From Patescibacteria group bacterium (GTDB lineage Bacteria; Patescibacteriota; Patescibacteriia; XYB2-FULL-38-15), in contig JBGSRW010000008.1 of NCBI GenBank assembly GCA_041737355.1, positions 191,061-255,060 on the forward strand: 64,000 nucleotides of DNA, given 5' to 3'. The first letter of the stretch is position 1; each line of letters opens with the position of its first letter. The translations under genes and the position numbers were made by a program. Under the pieces are notes generated by a model that searched no databases, was not told where the DNA came from, and worked only from the letters and a program-made list of their open reading frames with translations. Shown here one piece after another: positions 8,880-19,080 of the stretch.

Positions 8880-9914
8880 TTATTGCAGGTATTTCACCTT
8901 ATTGGCCTTGTGTTCTTCAAAATTCCTGCTGTAAATTGTCTGGCCGTCCTTCGCATGCAAGAAATACCAATAATTATTTGCCTTGGGATAAATTGCCGCC
9001 TTAATCGCCAAAAGACCGGGATTACCAATCGGTCCCTCAGGCAAACCTCTGTATTTATAAGTATTGTATGGAGAATCTATTTTCAAATCGTCCAAACTGG
9101 GCTGAGTTTCGTATTTTCCCGTCGCATAATTTACCGTGGCATCAGATTGTAAGGCAATCCCCTCGTCTATTCTCCTCCAAAAAATATCCGAAACCATTGC
9201 CATGTCGTTACCTACGGCTTCTTTTTCCAAAATAGAAGCCATGGTAATTATTTCAAAAATTGTTTTTTTCTGTTTTATAATCTCTTCTTTCAATTCAGCC
9301 GATAATTTCTCACCAAAATTATTCAGCATTTTTTTTATTATGTGTTTAGCCAAATCATTTTCTTCACCAGCCTCGGACCGAAGCTCGGGCGGCAGTTTGG
9401 CATAAATTCTATAAGTATCCGGAAAAAGAAAACCTTCAAGCCCAGCCCCGCCCGGCCTATCTTTCAGAAAATCATAATCCGTCTCGCTCGCCTTAAAATT
9501 TTCTAATCCTTTAAGAAAAATTTCTTCACTTAAAATATTTTCCTTTTCCAGATATTTCCCTATCTCCCCGTTATTCCACCCTTCAAGTATTTTTATATCC
9601 CTCTCGTCGGGGCCGCTTGTTTTCGTCAAAACGTCCGCAATTTCCCAAAGGCGCATATTTTTGCGGAGATTATGCTCACCGGCCTGAAAATTGCTTTGAA
9701 TTTTTTTTAGCCAAACGTATGTTTCAAAAAATATTTTGTTCCTGACGAATCCTTCTTTTTCAAGATTTTGACTTATAGTATTAACTCCCTCGCCTTTTGC
9801 TATAACAAAAATTTTCTCGCCAGACTCCCCGCTCGGCGGAGTAAGTAAAAACCAAACGACGGCAGCGACGGCGACTATGATTGCTAAAGAAAAAATTTTT
9901 TTCATATTTATCAA
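8880..9914 (-). CDS. mltG: Endolytic murein transglycosylase MltG (YceG family)
   Basis: 344 aa. N-terminal TM, then the conserved block LQSDATVNYATGKYETQPSLDDLKIDSPYNTYKYRGLPEGPIGNPG. Hairpin terminator ggttgtcgtcaacc plus T-run downstream at about 8835-8865. Confidence 0.8.
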   Translation of the reverse strand: MINMKKIFSLAIIVAVAAVVWFLLTPPSGESGEKIFVIAKGEGVNTISQNLEKEGFVRNKIFFETYVWLKKIQSNFQAGEHNLRKNMRLWEIADVLTKTSGPDERDIKILEGWNNGEIGKYLEKENILSEEIFLKGLENFKASETDYDFLKDRPGGAGLEGFLFPDTYRIYAKLPPELRSEAGEENDLAKHIIKKMLNNFGEKLSAELKEEIIKQKKTIFEIITMASILEKEAVGNDMAMVSDIFWRRIDEGIALQSDATVNYATGKYETQPSLDDLKIDSPYNTYKYRGLPEGPIGNPGLLAIKAAIYPKANNYWYFLHAKDGQTIYSRNFEEHKANKVKYLQ

Positions 9915-10993
9915 ATAAATTTTTTTAATTTTCTTTTTTCCAATTCTTCAACTATGCTTTTTACGTCGGCCGATCTTTCTTTCGGGCAAACCAACAACGC
10001 ATCTTCGGTTAAAACTACGACCATGCCGTCCAGGCCGACTGTCGCGATTAATTTATCTTTCGGGCCGTAAATCAAAGAATTTTTCGTGTCCAACGCGACA
10101 GTTTGCCCCTCAACCACATTGCCGCGGCCGTCCTGCCCGATTATTCCGGCGAGAACGTGCCATTTTCCAAGATCGCTCCATCCAATCTTTTCCGGAACAA
10201 TAACGGCGATTTTAGGAGCTTTTTTTGTGATGGCAGTTTCAATAGTAATTTTCTCCAGATTAGAGTAATTTCTTACGTCTTGTCCAGCCACTATTCCTTC
10301 ACATATCGCATATGTTTTTGGCTGAAATTCTCTGAACAAATCAAGAATCGTCCCGAGTTTCCAGATATACATTCCCGTATGGCAAAAATATTTTTTTGAT
10401 TTAATTATTCTTTTACATCTGGAAACATCCGGCTTCTCAATCCATTCGGCAACCTGAAAAATTTTTCCTTCTCCGTTCCCGGCCATTTTTTTTCCTGCCC
10501 CTATGTAGCTGTACCCCATATCGGGGTAAACTGGTTTTACGGCTGGCGTAATAATATATCCAGAATTTTTTTTCAAAAATTTTTCAGCCGCACGGAGCAT
10601 GCCGTAGAAAGACTTTTTGTTTGAAATATAATCGTCTGACGGCAAACTGGCAACAATAATATCCTCACCGAATCTTTTTGCTAAAACGCAACTTTCCAAG
10701 CAAATTGCCGGACCAGTATTTTTGGCGGCCGGCTCGGAAATAATATTATTATTTTTTATTTCCTTAATTTCTTTTTTTAATTTTCCCGCCATACCACGGC
10801 TCACGGAAATAAAAAGATCGTCTTTCCCAGCCAAGAGCGGCTTTACGCGATCAACCGTATTACGAATTAAGGATTTTTCATTAGTGATCGCCTGAAATTG
10901 TTTTGGATTGTCCTTCCGGGAAATCGGCCAAAGTCTTGTTCCTGTCCCGCCGGCGCGAATAACGATTTTCATAATTAGAATATTTTTTTCCAA
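9911..10993 (-). CDS. Mannose-1-phosphate guanylyltransferase-like nucleotidyltransferase
   Basis: 360 aa. N-terminal IVIRAGGTGTRLWPISRKDNPKQF sugar-nucleotidyltransferase signature. Confidence 0.75.
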   Translation of the reverse strand: MEKNILIMKIVIRAGGTGTRLWPISRKDNPKQFQAITNEKSLIRNTVDRVKPLLAGKDDLFISVSRGMAGKLKKEIKEIKNNNIISEPAAKNTGPAICLESCVLAKRFGEDIIVASLPSDDYISNKKSFYGMLRAAEKFLKKNSGYIITPAVKPVYPDMGYSYIGAGKKMAGNGEGKIFQVAEWIEKPDVSRCKRIIKSKKYFCHTGMYIWKLGTILDLFREFQPKTYAICEGIVAGQDVRNYSNLEKITIETAITKKAPKIAVIVPEKIGWSDLGKWHVLAGIIGQDGRGNVVEGQTVALDTKNSLIYGPKDKLIATVGLDGMVVVLTEDALLVCPKERSADVKSIVEELEKRKLKKFI

Positions 10994-11487
10994 TTAATTT
11001 TTCCGACCGCGTAAACGGCAAGCCAAGCCAATAGCACTCCTCCGAAAATATCCAGGGGGTAATGAACGCCGACATAAATGCGGGAAAGACCGACCAAAGC
11101 CGCCGCCATAAAAAAATAGACGCCGGTTTTTTTATCGTACCCGTACATGGAAAAAGCAATTACAAAAGAAATAAGAGTGTGCATCGACGGGAAAGAGCCG
11201 TCGGTCAATTTACCGACGAGAAGATTTACATCGTGAGCCAGGAACGGCCGCGGCCTGGTTTCAAATAAATTTATAATAATTTTTATTAGATAACCGAGAA
11301 GAGCCGCCAACGCCATTTTAAAAACTGATAAAATATTTTTTATTCCCCTTCCCCGAAAAATCAATATGCCGACCGCCGCAAACCCTATGAAAAAAATCAG
11401 GTATTTTGCGCAAAAAATACCGAACAAATCTAAAATGCTTGACTTACCCGAAAAACCGTTGATGAGTCTAAAAAAATAAAAATCCAT
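10975..11487 (-). CDS. PAP2-family phosphatase (undecaprenyl-diphosphatase-like)
   Basis: 170 aa, membrane. PAP2 motifs PSMHT and GVHYPLDIFGG. Confidence 0.65.
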   Translation of the reverse strand: MDFYFFRLINGFSGKSSILDLFGIFCAKYLIFFIGFAAVGILIFRGRGIKNILSVFKMALAALLGYLIKIIINLFETRPRPFLAHDVNLLVGKLTDGSFPSMHTLISFVIAFSMYGYDKKTGVYFFMAAALVGLSRIYVGVHYPLDIFGGVLLAWLAVYAVGKINWKKIF

Positions 11488-11493
11488 AAAAAA

Positions 11494-12312
11494 TTATTTC
11501 TGGCAAACGGGGCAAAAACTTGTTCCCCGTCCGGCAAGTTTCTCTGTTTTTATTTTCCCCTTGCATGCCAAACAACTCTCCCCTTCCCGTCCGTAAACTT
11601 TAAGCAGGGGGACGTAACCGCCCTTTTCTCCGATTGCGTTGACGTAAGCATCAACCGAGGACCCGCCGCGCTCCAGGGCGGTTTCCAATATTTTTTTCAA
11701 ACAATGATAAATTTTTTCAATCTCTCCGCTTTTTAAGGTAGATACTTTTCTCGTCGGCAAAACCTTCGCGCAAAAACATGCTTCCTGGGCGTAAATATTT
11801 CCTACTCCAGCAACAAAAGTCTGATCCATGAGCAGAGGTTTTATTTTGGAATTCGGTTTTTGTTCTAACAAATCCTTAAAAACAGCTAGGGTAAATTTTT
11901 CGTCAAGGATCTCCGGCCCTAATTTTTCTTTAATAAATATTTTTTCAACCTCTTCGGTTTTTACAAGTTTCGCATAACCAAAAAGGCGGAAATCGTAGTG
12001 TTTTAGTTGATGACCGTCCGAAAAAGTATAAATAATGTGAGGCTTGCCGGTTCCTCCCTTGCCATTGTAAATCAACTGGCCGGACATCTTTAAGTGGACA
12101 ATAATACTCCAACCGTTTGAAAGATTGAAAATCAAAATTTTTGCCCGCCGGTCGATATCTTTTATTATGGCTCCGACTACCGTTTTTTCGAATTGAGCGA
12201 CTGGAACGTTAATCATCCTGGCCAACTTCACTTCGACCGATTCAATTTTTTTATTTTTTATCCTTGCGGCAAGCTGCCTCCTGATTGTCTCGACTTCCGG
12301 TAATTCCGGCAT
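11494..12312 (-). CDS. mutM: Formamidopyrimidine-DNA glycosylase
   Basis: Starts MPELPEVETIRRQL (catalytic Pro2/Glu3). C-terminal zinc finger CLACKGKI...CPVCQK. Confidence 0.85.
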   Translation of the reverse strand: MPELPEVETIRRQLAARIKNKKIESVEVKLARMINVPVAQFEKTVVGAIIKDIDRRAKILIFNLSNGWSIIVHLKMSGQLIYNGKGGTGKPHIIYTFSDGHQLKHYDFRLFGYAKLVKTEEVEKIFIKEKLGPEILDEKFTLAVFKDLLEQKPNSKIKPLLMDQTFVAGVGNIYAQEACFCAKVLPTRKVSTLKSGEIEKIYHCLKKILETALERGGSSVDAYVNAIGEKGGYVPLLKVYGREGESCLACKGKIKTEKLAGRGTSFCPVCQK

Positions 12313-12329
12313 AATTAAAAAATTTCCTT

Positions 12330-14972
12330 TTAAACCGCCTTCCGTTTTTCCCTCGAAAGGGAAAAATATTTAACAACCTCAATTAGCAGTATATTCAAAA
12401 TTCCAAAACAAATCAATATAAACCAGTCAACAAAGCGGAGGGGCGCTAATCTTAAAATATCGCGTAAAAATGGAATGTACAGCGCCGCCAATAAAACCGC
12501 GAAACTGAACACCATACTCATATTAAAAAACTTATTATTGAAAGGATTTTTTTCCCAAACCGCCGAGCGCAAACTCTTCAAACTCCATGCGGAAAAGAGC
12601 GGATATACGGCCAATCCGGCAAATGTCATGGTTCTGGCATAAACCAAATTTTCCGTTGAACTCCAAAAATAATAGAAGAGCGAGAAAAGAGCCAATACGG
12701 TAAAAACTCCTTTTGAAAAAATTATCGCCTTCATTTCCCGATCAAGAAGCGGGGCATTTCTTTTTACCGGTTTTTTTGACATCAATTCTTGTTCCTCCGG
12801 CTCGAGCGCCAGAGCCATTGCCGGAGTGCTGTGCTCTATAAAATTAATCCAAAGGATCTGGGCGGCTAAAACAGGCAAAGGCAACCCCGCCAAAAGACTT
12901 ATCCCAACCAAAACAACCTCGCAGAATCCATCGGAAAAAAAATAAACAAGAATTTTTCTTAAGTTTTCAAAAATCGTCCGTCCTTCCTTTACTGCCCGGA
13001 CGATACCGTTAAAATTATCGTCCAATAAAACAATATCGGCAACTTCCTTGGCAACATCCGTCCCCGTACCAAGCGCCACGCCGACATCAGCTTTCTTCAA
13101 AGCCGAGGCATCATTAACGCCGTCTCCCGTCATGGCTACAACCTCACCTCTTCTTTGCCAGGCGGTTATTATTCTTAGTTTATGTCTTGGTTCAACTCTG
13201 GCATAAATATCAATATTTTTTAAAATTTTATCCAGCTCGTTGTCGCTGATTTTATCGAGATCCTTGCCTTCCAAAATATTTTTTTCTTCGGCCGCCAGTC
13301 CTATTTCCCCGGCAACAGCCTGAGCCGTAAGCATATGGTCGCCCGTTACCAAAATTGGTCTTATCCCGGCGCCAAGGCAAATTTTTATTGCTTCTTTGGC
13401 TTCCGCCCTTACCGGATCCTTAAGGGCAACCAGCCCGACCAAAGTCATGCCATTTAGATTTTTCTCTCCGAATTCCTCGCTCGCACTGTTCAATTTATAA
13501 GCCGTTGCTAAAATTCTAAGCCCCCTTGATGCCAGTTCGTCTATTTTTTTCTTAAATTTTCTTATTCCTTCCGGAGTCAGTTTCTCGATATGGCCGTTGG
13601 CCTCAACTTCTTCGCACATTGAGATTATTTTCTCTGGAGCCCCTTTCAGATAAATAATTTTCTGCCCTGGCGAAAAATTTCTCCCCAAAATTTTTTTCTT
13701 AAATTCATGCAGGGTCGCCATGTATTTTTTTTCTTCGTCGAACGGAACCTCGTCTATTCGGAAAATACTCTTTTCCAGTTCGCTTTTATCCATGCCCGCC
13801 TGAACCGCCGCCAAAAATAAAGCCTGATCTATTGAATCCCCGGAAATAACCCAATCCTTCAGTTCGTTTTCCGGATTTTCTACGATGGCATTATTACAGA
13901 GAAGGCCTATTTCCAAAACTCTCATCCTGGCTTCCTCGCTTTGCGTTTCCGTAAAAATGTGATCTACGAGCATCTTGCCCAGAGTCAATGTCCCCGTTTT
14001 ATCCGAACAAATAACTGAAACGCTTCCCAGGGTTTCCGCGGCTACTAATTTTCTTACCAGCGCATTCGCTTTAAGAATTCTTTGCATCCCAACCGCCAGA
14101 ATCACTGTCATTACGATAGCCAAACCTTCGGGAACCGACGCTACGGCAACGGCCGCTACTATTAAAAACATGTCAACAGGCGATCTTCCCTGAGCCAATC
14201 CCACTAAAAATAAAAAAATCCCCGCTATAAAAAACCAAAAAGCAAGCCATTTGCTGAATTTAACCAATTTTTCCTGAAGCGGAGTTTTTTCCTCTTCTAT
14301 CTCCCTAAGCGTTAATGCTATTCTCCCGAGTTCGGTATCTTCCCCCGTGGAAACAACCATCCCTCTGCCGCGGCCGCGGATAATGCTTGTACCCATGTAA
14401 ACCATATTTTCCCGGTCAGCCAGCACTGTCCCTTTCCCCAAAATTTTTACCGATTTAGCGGAGGGCGAAGACTCTCCGGTTAATGCGGCTTCCTCGGCTT
14501 GCAGATTTTTTGCTTCAACAAGGCGGATATCGGCCGTTACCTTATCTCCGGCCTCAAGTAAAACGATATCTCCGGGAACCAAATCTTCGGAATTAACTTT
14601 GTGCTCTCGCCCGCCCCTTATAACAAGCGCCCTGTATTTCAATACCTTTTTCAAACGCTGGATTGCTTTCTCAGCTTTATTTTCTTCAAAAAAACCAACA
14701 ACGGTATTCAAAAAAACCGTCGCAGTAATCACTCCGGAATCGACAAACTCTTTAAGAAAAAAAGTGATCGCGGCGGCTATAAGCAAAATGTAAATCAGCG
14801 GACTCTTGAACTGGTTAAAAAAAATTTTAAATTTTGTCAGCCTTTTTTCTTCCGGTAATTCGTTCGGGCCGTATTTTGCCAACCTTTTTCCCGCTTCATC
14901 AAAACTCAAACCGCTTTCGGCGGTTTTAAGGCGGGCAAAAATTTCGCGGTTAGAAACGGCGTGCCAGTCCAT
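12330..14972 (-). CDS. P-type cation-transporting ATPase (type IIA, Ca2+/Mg2+-like)
   Basis: 880 aa. ICSDKTGTLT phosphorylation motif, TGDGVNDA hinge, 8-10 TM helices. Confidence 0.9.
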   Translation of the reverse strand: MDWHAVSNREIFARLKTAESGLSFDEAGKRLAKYGPNELPEEKRLTKFKIFFNQFKSPLIYILLIAAAITFFLKEFVDSGVITATVFLNTVVGFFEENKAEKAIQRLKKVLKYRALVIRGGREHKVNSEDLVPGDIVLLEAGDKVTADIRLVEAKNLQAEEAALTGESSPSAKSVKILGKGTVLADRENMVYMGTSIIRGRGRGMVVSTGEDTELGRIALTLREIEEEKTPLQEKLVKFSKWLAFWFFIAGIFLFLVGLAQGRSPVDMFLIVAAVAVASVPEGLAIVMTVILAVGMQRILKANALVRKLVAAETLGSVSVICSDKTGTLTLGKMLVDHIFTETQSEEARMRVLEIGLLCNNAIVENPENELKDWVISGDSIDQALFLAAVQAGMDKSELEKSIFRIDEVPFDEEKKYMATLHEFKKKILGRNFSPGQKIIYLKGAPEKIISMCEEVEANGHIEKLTPEGIRKFKKKIDELASRGLRILATAYKLNSASEEFGEKNLNGMTLVGLVALKDPVRAEAKEAIKICLGAGIRPILVTGDHMLTAQAVAGEIGLAAEEKNILEGKDLDKISDNELDKILKNIDIYARVEPRHKLRIITAWQRRGEVVAMTGDGVNDASALKKADVGVALGTGTDVAKEVADIVLLDDNFNGIVRAVKEGRTIFENLRKILVYFFSDGFCEVVLVGISLLAGLPLPVLAAQILWINFIEHSTPAMALALEPEEQELMSKKPVKRNAPLLDREMKAIIFSKGVFTVLALFSLFYYFWSSTENLVYARTMTFAGLAVYPLFSAWSLKSLRSAVWEKNPFNNKFFNMSMVFSFAVLLAALYIPFLRDILRLAPLRFVDWFILICFGILNILLIEVVKYFSLSREKRKAV

Positions 14973-14974
14973 AT

Positions 14975-16567
14975 TTAAATTAACTCCGTACCGGTCATCT
15001 CTCCCGGTTTCGGTACGCCTATAATTTTTAAAATCGTCGGAGCCACGTCGGCTAAAATTCCGACCGGGGAAACCAAACTCAAATCTCTCCCCGAGGTGCC
15101 TCCGGCCTGCCCTTCAAACCCCCGTCCGGCAATAACCAAAGGAACGGGATTTGTACTGTGCTCTTTGTCAATTTCACCCGTCTGCAAATTGGCTACTTCT
15201 TCGGCGTTACCATGATCGGCGGTCATCATAAGAACTCCCCCGAGAGGCAAAATTATATTTGCTATTTCTCCGACGCAAAAATCGACCGCTTCCGCCGCCT
15301 TGACCGTCGCTTCGATATTCCCGGTATGTCCGACCATATCCGCGTTGGCAAAATTAACGACAATAAAATCGTATTTTTGCGAGCTTATCGCTTTTACCAA
15401 TGAATTTTTGACTTCCGTCGCCGACATCTCGGGTTTCTGGTCGTAAGAAGCGACGCGCGGTGAGGGAATAATAATACGGTCTTCCCCGGGAAATTCCTCT
15501 TCCCTCATACCGTTGAAAAAGAATGTAACATGAGCATATTTTTCCGTTTCGGCGATATGCAGCTGTTTTAATCCCGCCTCGCTCAAAACTTTAGCCAAAC
15601 AAGTCCTGACTTCGTCCGGAGGAAAAACAACCTTGACCGGCAGGCCCTTTTCATATTCCGTCATTGTCGCAAAAAAAAGATTGTGGAATTTTTTTACTTC
15701 CGGAAATTTATCAAAATTATCGCTGACAAAAGCTTTTGTCATTTCCCTGGCGCGGTCGGCGCGATAGTTGAAAAAAACGACCGCATCGTTATCTTCTACG
15801 GTAGCGACCGGTTTTTTACGTTCAGAAATTACGACCGGAACAAATTCTTCGTCATAAACTTTTTTTTCGTAAGAATCCCTGACCGCTTTTTTAGGATCGG
15901 AAAAATAATTATCGCTTTTCCCCAAGACAATAGCCTGATATGCCTTTTCGACTCTGTCCCAACGGTTGTCCCTGTCCATGGCGTAAAAGCGTCCCGAAAG
16001 TGTCGCTATTTTTCCTACCCCGCATTCCTTTATTTTTTCCTCCAATTTTGAAATAAAATCTATGCCGCTGTTAAAAATCGTATCACGTCCGTCTAGAAAC
16101 GCATGGATAAAAACTTTTTTTATTTTTTGATCGGCGGCAAATTTTAAAAGCGCATAAAGATGTTCTATTGTTGTATGGACCTTTCCGCTGCTCACAAGCC
16201 CCATGAGATGCAAATTTGATTTGTTGTATTTCACATGTCTGGCCGCGTCAAGCAAAACCGGGTTATCAAAAAAAGAACCATCACCAATGGATTTGTTTAT
16301 TTTTGGAAGAGTTTGATAAAATATTCTGCCGGTCCCGAGATTAAGGTGGCCGACTTCCGAAGTTCCCATTTCTCCCCAGGAAAGACCTACTTCGCCGCCC
16401 GAAGCCCGGAGGGTCATTGTCGGATAATTGGCAAAAATTCTATCGATATTCGGCGTCTTGGCGAGCATGATGGCATTCCCCGGCCCCGGAGGGGCAACAC
16501 CCCATCCATCCAATATAGCCAACACCACTGGTTTCTGACTCATAGATAAATTTATATCAAAAATCAA
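14975..16567 (-). CDS. gpmI: 2,3-bisphosphoglycerate-independent phosphoglycerate mutase (copy 1)
   Basis: ILDGWGVAPPGPGNAI, TSEVGHLNLG (catalytic Ser), DGRDT. Likely true start at MSQKP (about 16540). Confidence 0.85.
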   Translation of the reverse strand: MIFDINLSMSQKPVVLAILDGWGVAPPGPGNAIMLAKTPNIDRIFANYPTMTLRASGGEVGLSWGEMGTSEVGHLNLGTGRIFYQTLPKINKSIGDGSFFDNPVLLDAARHVKYNKSNLHLMGLVSSGKVHTTIEHLYALLKFAADQKIKKVFIHAFLDGRDTIFNSGIDFISKLEEKIKECGVGKIATLSGRFYAMDRDNRWDRVEKAYQAIVLGKSDNYFSDPKKAVRDSYEKKVYDEEFVPVVISERKKPVATVEDNDAVVFFNYRADRAREMTKAFVSDNFDKFPEVKKFHNLFFATMTEYEKGLPVKVVFPPDEVRTCLAKVLSEAGLKQLHIAETEKYAHVTFFFNGMREEEFPGEDRIIIPSPRVASYDQKPEMSATEVKNSLVKAISSQKYDFIVVNFANADMVGHTGNIEATVKAAEAVDFCVGEIANIILPLGGVLMMTADHGNAEEVANLQTGEIDKEHSTNPVPLVIAGRGFEGQAGGTSGRDLSLVSPVGILADVAPTILKIIGVPKPGEMTGTELI

Positions 16568-16588
16568 AAAATTTTTTGATTTTTATTT

Positions 16589-18151
16589 TTATTCAAAAAG
16601 ACTTTTTCTCGTCATTTCTCTTGGCTGAACGATATCCATTATATCCAAAATAGTCGGGGCTACGTCGGCCAAAACTCCGTGGCGCAGCTTTCTTTTCTTT
16701 TTATTTTTAAAATTTGGCCCGGCTACAATAAGCGGCACGTGGTTAATTGAATGTTCAGTATTTATTTCTCCGGTCTTCGTATTGAGCATTTCTTCTACAT
16801 TGCCGTGGTCGGCCGTGATTATAGCCGTTCCATCCTTGCGAAAAACGCCCCTAATAATTTTCCCAACGCAAGCGTCAACCGCCCGAACCGCCTTGATGCC
16901 GGCGGCAAGGTTACCGGTATGCCCAATCATGTCCGGATTGCAAAAATTAACAGTGACAAAATCATAACGGCCGCTGTCAATACATCTTCTTACTTCGTAG
17001 GTAACGTTTTCCGCATTCATTTCCGGCTTTTCTTCGTAATGCGCCATGGGCGGAGACGGAACCCTTATTCTTTCTTCGCCATAGATAGGATCAGCGTTAC
17101 CTCCGTTAAAGAAATAAGTTATGTGGGCGTACTTTTCCGCTTCGGCAATATAAATTTGTCTCTTGTCGCGAAGCACCGCCGGCAGGGCGCTTAAAATATT
17201 GCGGGCTGGAAAAGCCGTCATAATGTGGGGCAAATCCGGACCAAAATCGGTCATGGCGGCAAAGACAATATTTTTGGCTATTTTTTTTCTTATGAACGAA
17301 CGGCTGTTTTTTTCCGTAAAATCTTTCTGGACAAAAGTTTTCGTAATTTCCCTGGCCCGGTCGGATCTCAAATTGAAAAAAATTATCACATCGTTATCCC
17401 CGATAGTCGCAATCGGCTTATGGTCGTTGGTGATAACTGTCGGAACAATAAATTCATCCGTTTCTCCGCGGTTATAGGCGGAGGCAATCGCGGCCTCGGC
17501 TGACTCGGCAATTACCCCCTGTCCCAAAACCATGGCATTGTATGCCGCCTCAATCCTTTCCCACTTCTTGATACGGTCCATGGCGTAAAAACGCCCCATT
17601 ATTGTCGCGATTTTTTCCGTACCGTGAAAATGGGCCTTTAGTTTCGGTAAAAGTTTGATAGCCGCGAATCTTGAAGAATCACGGCCGTCGGTGAAAAGAT
17701 GCAAAAATACCTTATCCGCCCCTTGCTGATTTATGAGATCGAGAACGGAATAAAGGTGGCTTGGAAAAGCGTGAGCCGACTCGCCGTTCGAAAGCAACCC
17801 CATAAGATGCACTTTTGATTTATTTTTTTGCGCGTGCTTAAGGGCTTCGATAAAAGCCGTATTTTTGAAAAAAGTACCATCTTTGATGCTTTCATTTATA
17901 TAAACCGAATCCTGCTTTACTATCCATCCGGCCGACAAATTCATATGCCCGGCTTCCGAGTTGCCTTCCTGATTCCCGGGCAAACCGGCCGCTCTCCCGT
18001 GAGCCGCGAGAAGCGCGCAGGGAAATTCATTCCAGAGTGCGGTCATCGTCGGAGTTTTCGCAAGAGTTACGGCGTTCCCCGGCCCGGGCGGCGCCACTCC
18101 CCAGCCGTCAAGTATTACAAGTACCGTAGGTTTTTTATGATTTTTGGGCAT
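16589..18151 (-). CDS. gpmI: 2,3-bisphosphoglycerate-independent phosphoglycerate mutase (copy 2, tandem paralog)
   Basis: ILDGWGVAPPGPGNAV, NSEAGHMNLS, DGRDS. About 40-50% identical to copy 1 by eye. Catalytic residues conserved. Confidence 0.85.
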   Translation of the reverse strand: MPKNHKKPTVLVILDGWGVAPPGPGNAVTLAKTPTMTALWNEFPCALLAAHGRAAGLPGNQEGNSEAGHMNLSAGWIVKQDSVYINESIKDGTFFKNTAFIEALKHAQKNKSKVHLMGLLSNGESAHAFPSHLYSVLDLINQQGADKVFLHLFTDGRDSSRFAAIKLLPKLKAHFHGTEKIATIMGRFYAMDRIKKWERIEAAYNAMVLGQGVIAESAEAAIASAYNRGETDEFIVPTVITNDHKPIATIGDNDVIIFFNLRSDRAREITKTFVQKDFTEKNSRSFIRKKIAKNIVFAAMTDFGPDLPHIMTAFPARNILSALPAVLRDKRQIYIAEAEKYAHITYFFNGGNADPIYGEERIRVPSPPMAHYEEKPEMNAENVTYEVRRCIDSGRYDFVTVNFCNPDMIGHTGNLAAGIKAVRAVDACVGKIIRGVFRKDGTAIITADHGNVEEMLNTKTGEINTEHSINHVPLIVAGPNFKNKKKRKLRHGVLADVAPTILDIMDIVQPREMTRKSLFE

Positions 18152-18221
18152 AAAAATTATTAAACTCGAAACTTGTAATCCGACCGAACGAATTACAAGG
18201 CGAGATTATCTTTTTTATTTT

Positions 18222-18995
18222 TTATTTAATCTCGTAACTCACCGTCACATTGACAATAACATCCATACTCCCTTGTTCAACCGATGGTGCCGGCATTTCT
18301 CCGCCTCCGCCCATACCGAGCCCGTCAACCGACTTATAGGCATAGCTTGGAGCTTCCGAATACTCGCTGAAAGAAACGATTTTCCCGAGCTTCACTCCGG
18401 CAACTTTTGCCAAAGCTTCCGCTTTTTCCTTGGCATTGTCAAGCGCCTTGATTCTCGCTTCCTGACGTAACGTCTCCGGATCATCAATGTTAAAGGAAAG
18501 GCCGCTTACCTGGTTTGCGCCATTCTCCCCGGCAGCCGCCAAAACATCGCCAATTTTCGCCAAATTTCTGATCTTTACGGAAACGCCCTGGCTAACCTGG
18601 TAACCGCGCAAAACCTGCTTGCCGTTCGGCCAATCGTACTGCGGATAAATATTGTAATAACTCGTCTGGATATCTTTTGATTCCACGCCTAGAGTTTTGA
18701 GATTCGCGATCAAGCGATTCATCTTATCCGTGTTCTCTTTCTGCGCGCTCTTCACGTCGGCTTTCTCGGTCAGGAGACCGACTTCGATTGAAGCAATGTC
18801 CGGAATACTAGTAATCTTCCCCTGCCCGGAAATCGCGATCGTGTCGCGCTCAGCCGTCGGTTTTCCGATGTACTGATAGCTTTTCATATTTTTTGCCACA
18901 ACTGTGCCGAGCACCGCCAAAATACCGAGCATCACAAAAACGATGACGACGGTAAAAAGTTTATTTGTTTTCCACGATGGCCAAAAATTGTCCAT
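18222..18995 (-). CDS. SIMPL-domain (DUF541) periplasmic protein
   Basis: 257 aa. N-terminal TM anchor. Pattern ISGQGKITSIPDIASIEVGL...ADVKSAQKEN typical of the SIMPL / 26-kDa periplasmic immunogenic protein family. Confidence 0.65.
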   Translation of the reverse strand: MDNFWPSWKTNKLFTVVIVFVMLGILAVLGTVVAKNMKSYQYIGKPTAERDTIAISGQGKITSIPDIASIEVGLLTEKADVKSAQKENTDKMNRLIANLKTLGVESKDIQTSYYNIYPQYDWPNGKQVLRGYQVSQGVSVKIRNLAKIGDVLAAAGENGANQVSGLSFNIDDPETLRQEARIKALDNAKEKAEALAKVAGVKLGKIVSFSEYSEAPSYAYKSVDGLGMGGGGEMPAPSVEQGSMDVIVNVTVSYEIK

Positions 18996-19080
18996 ACATT
19001 TTTGTTAACAGGCAACGGGCAACCTCTAACGCTTTACGTTACAGGCCGTAAGTTGCATGCCAAAAGTTATAAAAAATTAA

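Noticed and set aside
18996-19080. Possible structured RNA or tRNA in the 85-nt spacer between the SIMPL gene and pgk
   Set aside because: No cloverleaf could be drawn, and no T-arm (GTTCRA) or anticodon-stem consensus. Likely just promoter/terminator sequence.
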